A DNA stretch of 32,000 nt from Candidatus Nanopusillus sp. (lineage in GTDB: Archaea > Nanobdellota > Nanobdellia > Nanobdellales > Nanobdellaceae). Made by a program: the position numbers and the translations under genes. Positions 7,033 to 15,671 of the stretch are shown here, in pieces (positions within the stretch are counted from its first letter, which is position 1; every line of letters starts with the position of its first letter). Location: assembly GCA_046533775.1 (NCBI GenBank), contig JAWDOO010000003.1, forward strand, positions 1 through 32,000, read 5' to 3'. The notes beneath the pieces were generated by a model. It was not told where the DNA came from. It saw nothing but the letters and a program-made list of their open reading frames with translations, and ran no database searches.

Positions 7033-8235
7033 ATGCAAATAGGTATTACTGGAAAACCAAATGTTGGAAAGTCTACCATGTTTAAAGCAATAACATTACA
7101 AGATGTTGCAATTGCAAATTATCCATTTACTACAATAGAACCAAATAAAGGTTATGGATATGTTAGAGTAGAAGATGTAGGACCAGAATTTAATGTTAAA
7201 TCAAATCCAAGATATGGTTTTATAAAGGGAAAATATAGATTTGTTCCAATAGAGATATTAGATATAGCGGGATTAGTTCCTGGTGCACATGAAGGTAGAG
7301 GTTTAGGTAATAAATTTTTAGATGATGTAAGACAAGCAGATGCATTGATACATGTAATAGATATTTCAGGTTCAACAAATGAAGAAGGACAATATATTGG
7401 TCCTGGAAATTATGATCCAATAAAAGATGTAAAATGGTATGAGGAAGAAATAGATTGGTGGTTTTATGGTATAATAAAGAAAAATTTGGAAAAGAATATA
7501 AGAAAAATAAAAAATGAACATTTAGAATTAGATAAAGAATTGGCAAAATTAATTTCTGGATTAAATGTTAAAGAAGAGCATGTATCAAAAGCATTTAATG
7601 AATTGAAAATTAATCAAGATGATTATGATATAATAAATGATGATAAAAAATTATTTGAGCTTGCATCTAAAATTAGGAAAATAGCAAAACCAATTGTTAT
7701 TGCAGCAAATAGGGTAGATATAAATATAGATATTGCAAAGAAAAATTTGGAAAGATTAAAGAAAGAATATCCAGATAAAGTTATAATACCTACCTCAGGT
7801 TATGCAGAATTAATATTAAAAGAATTGGATAAACAGGGAAAGATATTTTATATACCTGGAGAAAGTTATTTTGAAATTAAAGGAAATTTAAATGATAAAG
7901 AAAAGAAAGCTTTAGAATTTATTGAAAATTATATATTTAAAGAATTTGGAAGTACTGGTGTTCAAAATATTTTAGATATAACTGTATTTGATGTTCTAAA
8001 ATATGTAGCAGTATTTCCTGGGGGTGTGGATTCTTTAGCAGATAAGGAAGGAAGAATATTGCCAGATTGTTTTTTAATGCCCCCAGGGAGTACTGTAATA
8101 GATTTTGCAAATAAAATACATTCTGATTTGGCAAAGAATTTTGTAAGAGCTATAGACGTTAGGACAAGAAAATTCTTAGGAAAGGATTATATATTAAAAC
8201 ATAGAGATGTAATTCAGATAGTTGCAAATGCATAG
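7033..8235 (+). CDS. Obg-like GTPase/ATPase of the YchF family with C-terminal TGS domain
   Basis: 400 aa. G1 is 'GITGKPNVGKST', followed by 'NYPFTTIEPNKG'. G3 is 'LDIAGLVPGAHEGRGLGNKFLDDVRQADALIHVID'. The C-terminal TGS-like segment is 'GSTVIDFANKIHSDLAKNFVRAIDVRT...DVIQIV'. Confidence 0.85.
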   Translation: MQIGITGKPNVGKSTMFKAITLQDVAIANYPFTTIEPNKGYGYVRVEDVGPEFNVKSNPRYGFIKGKYRFVPIEILDIAGLVPGAHEGRGLGNKFLDDVRQADALIHVIDISGSTNEEGQYIGPGNYDPIKDVKWYEEEIDWWFYGIIKKNLEKNIRKIKNEHLELDKELAKLISGLNVKEEHVSKAFNELKINQDDYDIINDDKKLFELASKIRKIAKPIVIAANRVDINIDIAKKNLERLKKEYPDKVIIPTSGYAELILKELDKQGKIFYIPGESYFEIKGNLNDKEKKALEFIENYIFKEFGSTGVQNILDITVFDVLKYVAVFPGGVDSLADKEGRILPDCFLMPPGSTVIDFANKIHSDLAKNFVRAIDVRTRKFLGKDYILKHRDVIQIVANA

Positions 8236-8266
8236 ATTTATAAAAATGTTGTGAAATTCTAATACT

Positions 8267-8464
8267 ATGATAATACCTATTAGATGTTTTACATGTGGAA
8301 AACCAATTGGACATTTATATGAAAGATATATTAAATTATTAAATGAAGGTAAAACAATGAAAGAAGCTTTAGATGAATTGGGATTGGAAAGAGCTTGTTG
8401 CAGACAAGTATTTCTAGGACATGTTCAACAAATAGAAGTAATTGCTAAGTTGAAGAAATTTTAG
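8267..8464 (+). CDS. rpoN: DNA-directed RNA polymerase subunit N (Rpo10)
   Basis: 65 aa. '[21 protein letters not shown]' plus '[12 protein letters not shown]' form the Rpo10 zinc-bundle signature (CxxC...CC). Confidence 0.92.
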   Translation: MIIPIRCFTCGKPIGHLYERYIKLLNEGKTMKEALDELGLERACCRQVFLGHVQQIEVIAKLKKF

Positions 8465-8861
8465 TTTTTCTTAATTGAACAATTTTTCTTATGCTTATTA
8501 AAAATATTGAAATACCAAAAAACAATATTATTGGGTTTGGATATATACCATAATTAGATGCTACATTTCTTACTGCTATATCTATTATATTATTAGAATT
8601 TAATGTGAAACTTGAAAACAAAATTAATATTGATATAAATAATGAAATTATATAACCATATAAATTATCTTTTCTTATTAAATAAATTGAAAATATTGAT
8701 AATAAAAAAACTATAAATAAGAAAATATCGATTAAAATATTAATATAATCTGGAAAAATTGATGGATATATAATAAATGATATTAAGTCTAAAAATGTTT
8801 CTATAGAAAATAATAGTAAAAGAGTATATAAAAACTCTTTTGTTATATCTATATTATTCAT
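8445..8861 (-). CDS. Small integral membrane protein (about 4 TM segments), unknown function
   Basis: 138 aa made almost entirely of hydrophobic helices. Its 3' end overlaps the rpoN 3' end convergently by 20 nt. It is last in a same-strand gene string running 12152->8445. Confidence 0.5.
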   Translation of the reverse strand: MNNIDITKEFLYTLLLLFSIETFLDLISFIIYPSIFPDYINILIDIFLFIVFLLSIFSIYLIRKDNLYGYIISLFISILILFSSFTLNSNNIIDIAVRNVASNYGIYPNPIILFFGISIFLISIRKIVQLRKTKISST

Positions 8862-8891
8862 ATTTTTTTGAATTATAGAAAAATTTAAAAA

Positions 8892-10145
8892 CTAACTATT
8901 ATAACTTCTTAAATATAATTCTAATGCCTTTGATACAATTTCCTTATTTTCTTCAAATTCATCTTCTTTATGTTGTATAATTATATCATCTAATCTACGG
9001 TCACCAATTTTAATATTCTTAATTAAATTATCTAAATTATCAGTTCTATTATAATAATAGTTTTCTAATAAAGATCTTTCTATATCTTCAACTAATATTT
9101 CAGGTAATTCAGATTCTTTTATTTTTTCATTACAGATAACATAATTTTCATTCTTTGTACAATGTTTTATTAGTGGAGATTCTAAAATTCCTTCTATGAT
9201 ATCATTAAGATCTTCAACTATAATTTTTTCTAATCCTTTTTGACTTATTGGCACATCAAATCCAGATGCAAAATCTATAGGTTTAACATTACCATCATTA
9301 TTCATTGTAATCTGATATGTTTTTATATCTACTGGAGAAAACTTTAAATTTGAAAATAATTCTAATGTTTTTATCGTAGAATAATAAAATCTATATTTAA
9401 ACTCATCAAACTTTATTTGTATTTCAAATTTATTGAGATTTTTTCGATCTAATTCAAAATCATAAGGTAGACCTAATAAAAAAGGTTCTATTGTAGAGGC
9501 CTCAACAATATCCATAATTGAAAGAACACTTAAATTATAATTAAATAATTCTATAGGTACTTTGATAATATCATAAGATCCTAATAATATTCTAAATACA
9601 TAAGGAGTATCTATGGTATAAGGTTTACTTATATAACGTATATTTGGAAAATATTTTTGATTGTTAAGTAATATTGGAAATGATAAAGATAATGGAGCAT
9701 AAAAATTATCGACAAGTCTTTTATCTAAACTCATCTTTAATTTTTTTATATCTTCTATAGTTGTAAAACCATATGGTCTGGCTTCTATCAGCTTTTTAAT
9801 ATCTTCAGCATTTTTTGAATTTCTTAATAAAATTGATTCAGGAATTTTTGTTCTCAAATCGCTATTAAAATATATATCCTCTCTTCTTTTTCCAATATTT
9901 TTAATATATTCTATAATATCATCTTTCTTCTTTAATGATACTACAAGATGTGAATTTTCTGGTAAATTAATATTTCCATAAATTTTGTAAAATATTAAAT
10001 TCTTTGGTATTGCTTCCGTTCCCGAATTTGTTCTTATAAAATATGAAGCTTCTTTAAATGAATTCTTAGAATTTACATAATTTCTAATACATTGAAAATA
10101 ATCACTATAATTTTTTTCATCTAGGCAAGATATATAATTATTCAT
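8892..10145 (-). CDS. Hypothetical protein (417 aa), no motif recognised
   Basis: This is a long ORF with non-repetitive, mixed-charge composition, sitting between well-supported genes on the same strand. I cannot place it in any family by eye. Confidence 0.6.
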   Translation of the reverse strand: MNNYISCLDEKNYSDYFQCIRNYVNSKNSFKEASYFIRTNSGTEAIPKNLIFYKIYGNINLPENSHLVVSLKKKDDIIEYIKNIGKRREDIYFNSDLRTKIPESILLRNSKNAEDIKKLIEARPYGFTTIEDIKKLKMSLDKRLVDNFYAPLSLSFPILLNNQKYFPNIRYISKPYTIDTPYVFRILLGSYDIIKVPIELFNYNLSVLSIMDIVEASTIEPFLLGLPYDFELDRKNLNKFEIQIKFDEFKYRFYYSTIKTLELFSNLKFSPVDIKTYQITMNNDGNVKPIDFASGFDVPISQKGLEKIIVEDLNDIIEGILESPLIKHCTKNENYVICNEKIKESELPEILVEDIERSLLENYYYNRTDNLDNLIKNIKIGDRRLDDIIIQHKEDEFEENKEIVSKALELYLRSYNS

Positions 10146-10218
10146 ATCTATAAAAAGAATTAAATATTTTTAAATATTTATATAATTATAATTATGATAA
10201 AATGACTATAAAATCTTT

Positions 10219-11139
10219 TTAAATATTGTTTATTCTTAATTTTATTTCACATGCTCTACATATTTCTCTAGTAGTTGGATATCCACAAATTTTACATTTT
10301 CTTAATTTTATGTTATTCTTCATTTTATAATCTATTTTAGCTTTATATATTATTTCTAAAATATTTCTTAAGAAATTTCTATGAAATCCAGGATATTTGT
10401 CTTCTAACTTATATAATTTTGATCTAATTATATCTCTAAATTCTCCAACAATAAAAGGGCATTCTCCAAAGGGTGGTTCTAAATTATTTAATATTGAATA
10501 AAGTAGATCTTCTTTTTCTGTATTGAAATAGAAGGGCTTAATTCTGGGAATAAAATCCTCTTCAACTATTCCTACATATGGACCTTCCTTTAATAAATCT
10601 TTTAAATTTCCTTCAAAAATATTCATTAGAATTGTTTGAACTTCATCATTTAAATTATGTGCAGTTGCAAATTTATCCAAATTTAAATCTTTTGCAGCTT
10701 TCCACATTAACCATCTCCTCCATACACCGCAAATTGTACATGATTTATATTCTTTTGATATTTTTACTGCTTCATCTAATCTAATATTAAAATATTCAGT
10801 GAATCTATATATTTTTACATTTAAATTATATTTCTTTGAAATTTCTAATAACTTTTCTGTATCTTTATCTCTATAACCTCTTATTCCTTCATCAATATGA
10901 ATTCCAAAAACTTCAATGTTAAAATATTCTTTATATTTATTTAAGAAAAACAATAATGCGTTTGAATCTTTTCCTCCAGAAACTCCAACACCAATTCTAT
11001 CTCCAGATTTTATCAATTTATATTTTTCAATTGTATTTATCGTTTTTTCTTCAAAATATTTTATAAAATGTTCTTTACAATAATAATTTCCATCAATATC
11101 TTTATATATTGCACTATTATTACAAAAACTGCACTTCAT
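10219..11139 (-). CDS. ncsA: tRNA 2-thiolation PP-loop ATPase, NcsA/TtuA (Ncs6/Ctu1) family
   Basis: 306 aa. It has an N-terminal zinc finger 'CSFCNNSA...YYCKEHF' and the PP-loop 'GVGVSGGKDSNALL'. 'ATAHNLNDEVQTILMNIFEGN' is present, as is the C-terminal 'CKICGYPTTREICRACE' zinc ribbon. Confidence 0.85.
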   Translation of the reverse strand: MKCSFCNNSAIYKDIDGNYYCKEHFIKYFEEKTINTIEKYKLIKSGDRIGVGVSGGKDSNALLFFLNKYKEYFNIEVFGIHIDEGIRGYRDKDTEKLLEISKKYNLNVKIYRFTEYFNIRLDEAVKISKEYKSCTICGVWRRWLMWKAAKDLNLDKFATAHNLNDEVQTILMNIFEGNLKDLLKEGPYVGIVEEDFIPRIKPFYFNTEKEDLLYSILNNLEPPFGECPFIVGEFRDIIRSKLYKLEDKYPGFHRNFLRNILEIIYKAKIDYKMKNNIKLRKCKICGYPTTREICRACEIKLRINNI

Positions 11140-12152
11140 TTATTTATTTCTCTTATGAAATAGTCCTTTATTGCGGGTACAACATCATATACAAATTTAC
11201 CCTTTACCTTTGTTCTAATCAATATTTTACTTTCAGTCATTCTTTTTAATATATTTGATATTGAATGAATTGTTGTGTCAGAATATCTTTCTTTAAATAA
11301 TTTTAGTAATTCATTAACTGTTTTTGGACCATATTTTGTTATTAATTCTACTATATATCTTTGTTTTTCTGTTAATTTTAATAAATCTGTTGGAGGTTTT
11401 TTTGCTTCATATATCTTTTCTACAATATCTTTATCAATAATATTTTTCTTTTCTCTATATGCAATTAATAATGCTTCATATGAATATTTTAATATTTCTC
11501 TTGGTAAGCCACCTGATAAATTGTATATTTCTTCTATTGCGTCTTCTGTAAATAAATTTGGATTACCTGCAAGTTCTAACCTTTTTTTAATTAATAGTTT
11601 ACCGCTTTCAGGATCAAGAGATTTTAAATATATCTTTGTAATAATTCTTTCATATAATGTCCTATGTTCTTTTAATAATCTTTCTTCAAATTCTGGCAAG
11701 CCAGCTAATATAAATGTACAATTTGTTTGATCAGATATAATTTTTATCCATTCTAAAATATTATCATCACAAAATGTAGCTTCATCTAAAAATATTATTA
11801 GATTTTTCTTATTTAAATATTCTACTATATTAAATTTCTTGAATTTATATATTATTCTTTCAAAGAAAGACAATTTATCAATAAAATATTTTTCAAATTC
11901 TTCTATTTTTTCAAAAGGTCTATAAATATATATTTTATTCTTTGTTTTGAGATTATTATATATCCATAGTAATAATGTTGTTTTTCCTGCTCCAGTAGGA
12001 CCTGAAACTAAAATAATTTTTTCTTTATTATTTATTGAATTTAATAATTTTGTTCTTTCTAAATTATATCCAACAAAAGTTTCTAAAATTATCTCTAATT
12101 TAAAAGGATTATCTCTTAATTTAAAAAAATTAAGCATTTCAGTATCATTCAT
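11136..12152 (-). CDS. AAA+ ATPase (AAA_22/ExeA-like) with C-terminal winged-helix domain
   Basis: 338 aa. The start is 'NPF'-type (FKLRDNPFK). Walker A is 'VSGPTGAGKTTLL' and Walker B is 'LIIFLDEATF'. An ExeA-like 'SGGLPREILKYSYEALLIA' is followed by a wHTH-like tail (LTEKQRYIVELITKYGPKTVNELL...ILKRMTESKILIRTKVKGKFVY). The stop overlaps the ncsA start (ATGA). Confidence 0.72.
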   Translation of the reverse strand: MNDTEMLNFFKLRDNPFKLEIILETFVGYNLERTKLLNSINNKEKIILVSGPTGAGKTTLLLWIYNNLKTKNKIYIYRPFEKIEEFEKYFIDKLSFFERIIYKFKKFNIVEYLNKKNLIIFLDEATFCDDNILEWIKIISDQTNCTFILAGLPEFEERLLKEHRTLYERIITKIYLKSLDPESGKLLIKKRLELAGNPNLFTEDAIEEIYNLSGGLPREILKYSYEALLIAYREKKNIIDKDIVEKIYEAKKPPTDLLKLTEKQRYIVELITKYGPKTVNELLKLFKERYSDTTIHSISNILKRMTESKILIRTKVKGKFVYDVVPAIKDYFIREINK

Positions 12153-12206
12153 ATAAAATTGTTTAATAAAAATATTATTAAATTTAAAGAATATGATATG
12201 CTATAT

Positions 12207-12279
12207 AGCCCCGTCGTCTAGTGGTCTAGGATTCAGGGTTTTGGTCCCTGAGACCGGGGTTCGAATCCCCGCGGGGCTA
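12207..12279 (+). tRNA. tRNA-Gln (anticodon UUG), no encoded CCA
   Basis: The hand fold is AGCCCCG TC GTCT AGTGGTCTA GGAT T CAGGG TTTTGGT CCCTG AGAC CGGGG TTCGAAT CCCCG CGGGGCT A. It is 73 nt, with the A1:U72 pair typical of archaeal tRNA-Gln. Confidence 0.92.
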
Positions 12280-12405
12280 TTTAAATTTGGATAAATAAAA
12301 ATATTTTAAAGATCTTCCTAGCAGTAAAGTTATTTTACTATTTAAAAGTTATATCAATTTTAATAGGACTATGAATTTATAAATTACTATTTTTTAGATA
12401 ATATT

Positions 12406-13026
12406 ATGCTGGAAAACATGATCAATCAAATATTTCAAATATTTAACTATGATATGTTAAAAATAGTATTAATTTCTGTCTCTATTATAATAATTGGGTA
12501 TTTTATAGGAAAACTTATAGCATTAATACTTAATATAATACTAAAGAAAGTCTTAGGTCTTGATAAATGGTTGCATGATAAACAGATTATGACAACATAT
12601 CCTCTTACAGATCTAATAGTAAATATAGTTAAGTTCTTTATATATTTTTATTTTATTGGATTTTCATTTTATATAGTTCCATATATTAGTAATATAGGAA
12701 TACTAATTTTCGATATATTAAATAATTTATTAATAATAATAATAGTAATAATAATTTCATATGCAATGATGGAATTTATATTAAGATCTTTTTTATATCC
12801 AGCAATACAAAATTTTAAGTATTTAAACTTTATATTGGGTTCAATAAGATTTATTGTTTTATTTTTCATATTAGTGTTAACGCTTAGTTATTTAAATATA
12901 TTATCTCCAGTTCTTCTCTATATGTTCATAATACTTTTTGGCGGAATAGTTATATCTATTTCAATTGCTATAGGTATAGCATTAGGAAATGTATTAAAAG
13001 AAAAGTTTAGAGATATAATAAAATGA
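12406..13026 (+). CDS. Membrane protein with 'conserved TM helix' type repeats (MscS-N-terminal-like)
   Basis: 206 aa and multi-pass. 'IIIIGYFIGKLIALILNIILKKVLGLDKWL' and the terminal 'GGIVISISIAIGIALGNVLKEKF' resemble the TM_helix repeat family. This assignment is from memory only. Confidence 0.5.
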   Translation: MLENMINQIFQIFNYDMLKIVLISVSIIIIGYFIGKLIALILNIILKKVLGLDKWLHDKQIMTTYPLTDLIVNIVKFFIYFYFIGFSFYIVPYISNIGILIFDILNNLLIIIIVIIISYAMMEFILRSFLYPAIQNFKYLNFILGSIRFIVLFFILVLTLSYLNILSPVLLYMFIILFGGIVISISIAIGIALGNVLKEKFRDIIK

Positions 13027-14192
13027 ATTATAAAGAAAAAATTATTATAATTAGTAATAATTTAGTTGGAGGAATGTTAAATAGTTTATTTTTTGTTTAT
13101 CCATATTATTTTAATTTTCCATCTAGTGTATATTTTTCTTTAGTTGCCATATCTTATATAGGATCAATAATAAGTTCTGCAATATTTGGAAATGTTAAAA
13201 TAAATGATAAAAATTATATTAATATTTCAATGATTGGTGTGATAGGGCCTCTTTTAACTTCTATATTATTAGTTTATCCAAATATTTATTTATTAATATT
13301 ATCTTTTTTATTATTTACTATTACATATTCATCTACATACTTCTCATTTTTATTATATTATAAGGATGTAAGTTTAAATTTCTATTTTAATATTTATTGG
13401 ACTTTTGGAGAAGTAATACCACAAATTTTTCTTCTTTTTCTTTCCATAATTTATAACATATATATAGTTTCTATTATTTTATTATTATCTATAATGGTTA
13501 TAATGTATAGGAAATTATATTTATTTTTATTCTCATCAGCATATGAATTAGATTTATTGGAAAGAATTGATAAAATGTTTTCAGTTGCAGAAAATAATAT
13601 AGATAAATTTGGAGCTCTATATCCTATATTTGAAGGTTTAGTATTTCCAATGAATATAAAAAAGTTAAGAATAGGATATTTAGAATTATATAATTTATTT
13701 GTCTTGATTGGATTTTCTTTAGTTTGGACATCTTTAGTTTACTCTGTAAATATATTTTCTTTATCCATAATTTTTCCATTTTTATTATTTATAAATGGAT
13801 TATATACATCAATATTATATAAGATATATAAAAGAGAAATTAATTTTGAAAATATAAAAATAGGAATACTTTCTAGATTTTTAATTGGTATTATAATATT
13901 ATTATCTCTAATATTATCTTTATCGAAGATATATAATGCTATAATACTATTAATATTATTTATATTAGCTGCATTTTCATGGACTATGTTTCAATATTTC
14001 TTTGATAATTATATAATATTAAATTATCCACAAAAATTTGGAAATGTATATTTATTTAGAAATTTGGGTGGTACAATAGGATCTTTATTACTTTATTATA
14101 TTTCAGTTCAATATGGTCTATTTTTATCATTTATAATTTTAGGAATTTCTTTCTTTTTCTTAAATTACGTTTTAAAGAATTATAATCAATAA
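13023..14192 (+). CDS. Polytopic membrane protein (10 or more TM segments), possible transporter
   Basis: 389 aa and hydrophobic throughout. The start overlaps the upstream stop (ATGA). No diagnostic motif was recognised. Confidence 0.5.
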   Translation: MNYKEKIIIISNNLVGGMLNSLFFVYPYYFNFPSSVYFSLVAISYIGSIISSAIFGNVKINDKNYINISMIGVIGPLLTSILLVYPNIYLLILSFLLFTITYSSTYFSFLLYYKDVSLNFYFNIYWTFGEVIPQIFLLFLSIIYNIYIVSIILLLSIMVIMYRKLYLFLFSSAYELDLLERIDKMFSVAENNIDKFGALYPIFEGLVFPMNIKKLRIGYLELYNLFVLIGFSLVWTSLVYSVNIFSLSIIFPFLLFINGLYTSILYKIYKREINFENIKIGILSRFLIGIIILLSLILSLSKIYNAIILLILFILAAFSWTMFQYFFDNYIILNYPQKFGNVYLFRNLGGTIGSLLLYYISVQYGLFLSFIILGISFFFLNYVLKNYNQ

Positions 14193-14198
14193 TATTTT

Positions 14199-15641
14199 AT
14201 GGATATAAAGTTAAGAAAAATATCTGAAAATATATATGAAATACCACAAGAAAAAGGGATGAATGTTCCAGTTAGAATATATGCAAATGATAAATTAATA
14301 GAAAAGATGAGAGAAGATAAAACATTAATACAAGGAAAAAATGTTGCTAGTTTGCCAGGAATACAAAAATATTCTATTGTAATGCCAGATGGACATGAAG
14401 GTTATGGATTTCCAGTCGGCGGAGTTGCGGCATTTGATATAAATGAAGGAATAATATCTCCAGGTGGAATAGGATATGATATAAATTGTGGGGTAAGGTT
14501 ATTAAGAACAAATTTAAAATATGAAGAGATAAAACCAAAATTAAAGGAAATTGTGAATGAAATATTTAGAAATGTACCTGCTGGAGTTGGAGAAACTGGA
14601 AAAATTGTTTTATCTCCAGGGCAATTTAAAGATGCAGTAGAAGAAGGTTTAGAATGGAGTTATAGAGAAGGTTATGCATGGAAAGAGGATTTAGAGCATG
14701 TAGAATCTTATGGTAGATTAAAAGATGCTTCAATAGAATATATATCAGATTTAGCAATTAGAAGAGGAATAGATCAATTGGGAACTATAGGATCTGGAAA
14801 TCATTTTATTGAAATACAGATAGTTGATAAGATATTTGATAAAGATATAGCAAATAAATTGGGAATATATGAAGAAGGACAAGTAACAGTATTAATTCAT
14901 ACTGGCTCTAGAGGTTTTGGACATCAAATTGCATCGGATTATATAGATCTAGGATTGAAAAAATATAGGGAAGAAATAAATAAATTACCAGATAAAGAAT
15001 TGGTATATTTACCATTTCAATCTGAAGATGGAAATAATTATTGGAAATCAATGAGTGCTGCGGCAAATTTTGCATGGAATAATAGACAAATAATAACATA
15101 TTTTATCAGAAAATCTTTCCAAAAAGTATATAATCATCCAGTAGAGGATATTGGATTAAATGTTATATATGATGTTGCTCATAATATTGCAAAAATTGAA
15201 GAACATAAAGTTGATGGTAAAAAGAAAAAATTAGTTGTTCATAGAAAAGGTGCTACTAGAGCATTTCCATCAGGTTCGGAAGAATTGGTTGAAGATTATA
15301 GAAATATTGGACAACCAGTATTAATTCCAGGTTCAATGGGGACTGCATCATATGTATTAATAGGATCTGAAAAATCTATGGAATTATCTTTTGGATCTTC
15401 TGCACATGGTGCTGGAAGAAATATGTCAAGGGCTGCTGCAAGAAGATCATTTAATTATAATGAAATAATTAAAAATTTAGAAGAAAAGGGAATATATGTA
15501 AAATCTACAACAAAAGAAGGTGTAGTCGAAGAAGTACCTGAAGCTTATAAAAATGTTGATGAAGTTGTAAAAGTAACTGATGAATTGGGTATATCTAAAA
15601 TGGTTGTAAGATTAAGACCAATAGCGGTTATAAAAGGTTAA
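14199..15641 (+). CDS. rtcB: RNA-splicing ligase RtcB (3'-phosphate/5'-hydroxyl tRNA ligase)
   Basis: 480 aa. 'MPDGHEGYGFPVGGV', 'GGIGYDINCGVRLL', 'GSGNHFIEIQ', 'HTGSRGFGHQ' and 'SSAHGAGR' are all present. It is contiguous, with no intein. Confidence 0.97.
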   Translation: MDIKLRKISENIYEIPQEKGMNVPVRIYANDKLIEKMREDKTLIQGKNVASLPGIQKYSIVMPDGHEGYGFPVGGVAAFDINEGIISPGGIGYDINCGVRLLRTNLKYEEIKPKLKEIVNEIFRNVPAGVGETGKIVLSPGQFKDAVEEGLEWSYREGYAWKEDLEHVESYGRLKDASIEYISDLAIRRGIDQLGTIGSGNHFIEIQIVDKIFDKDIANKLGIYEEGQVTVLIHTGSRGFGHQIASDYIDLGLKKYREEINKLPDKELVYLPFQSEDGNNYWKSMSAAANFAWNNRQIITYFIRKSFQKVYNHPVEDIGLNVIYDVAHNIAKIEEHKVDGKKKKLVVHRKGATRAFPSGSEELVEDYRNIGQPVLIPGSMGTASYVLIGSEKSMELSFGSSAHGAGRNMSRAAARRSFNYNEIIKNLEEKGIYVKSTTKEGVVEEVPEAYKNVDEVVKVTDELGISKMVVRLRPIAVIKG

Positions 15642-15671
15642 ACTTTAATTAATATTTTACAATAATTTTTT

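Noticed and set aside
8017-8087. 8-bp GC-rich inverted repeat CCTGGGGG (8017..8024) / CCCCCAGG (8080..8087)
   Set aside because: It lies inside the well-supported YchF-like CDS. It is explained by Pro-Gly-Gly and Pro-Pro-Gly codons (FPGGV / MPPGS). The 55-nt AT-rich loop makes a functional hairpin unlikely.
1685-12279. tRNA introns, split tRNA halves or permuted tRNAs (known from Nanoarchaeota and relatives)
   Set aside because: All four GC-rich islands fold by hand into complete, colinear cloverleaves of 73-83 nt with uninterrupted anticodon loops. No additional orphan GC-rich half-tRNA-sized islands are visible in the window.
11136-12405. AAA+/wHTH protein as Orc1/Cdc6 with an adjacent replication origin in 12153..12405
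   Set aside because: The architecture is similar, but the motifs look more ExeA/AAA_22-like (NPF start, GGLPRE) and the protein is short. The adjacent spacer holds a tRNA gene and only one trivial 6-bp inverted repeat (AGTAAA..TTTACT), with no ORB-like repeated boxes. It is kept only as a question within a finding.
15557-15580. C/D-like TGATGA ... CTGA pair inside rtcB, and several other ATGATGA occurrences inside CDSs (e.g. 7636, 19143, 21846, 30297)
   Set aside because: The spacer in rtcB is 14 nt, with no second box pair. The other ATGATGA sites lack a CTGA at 12 nt. All lie within conserved coding sequence, so they are chance matches in AT-rich DNA.
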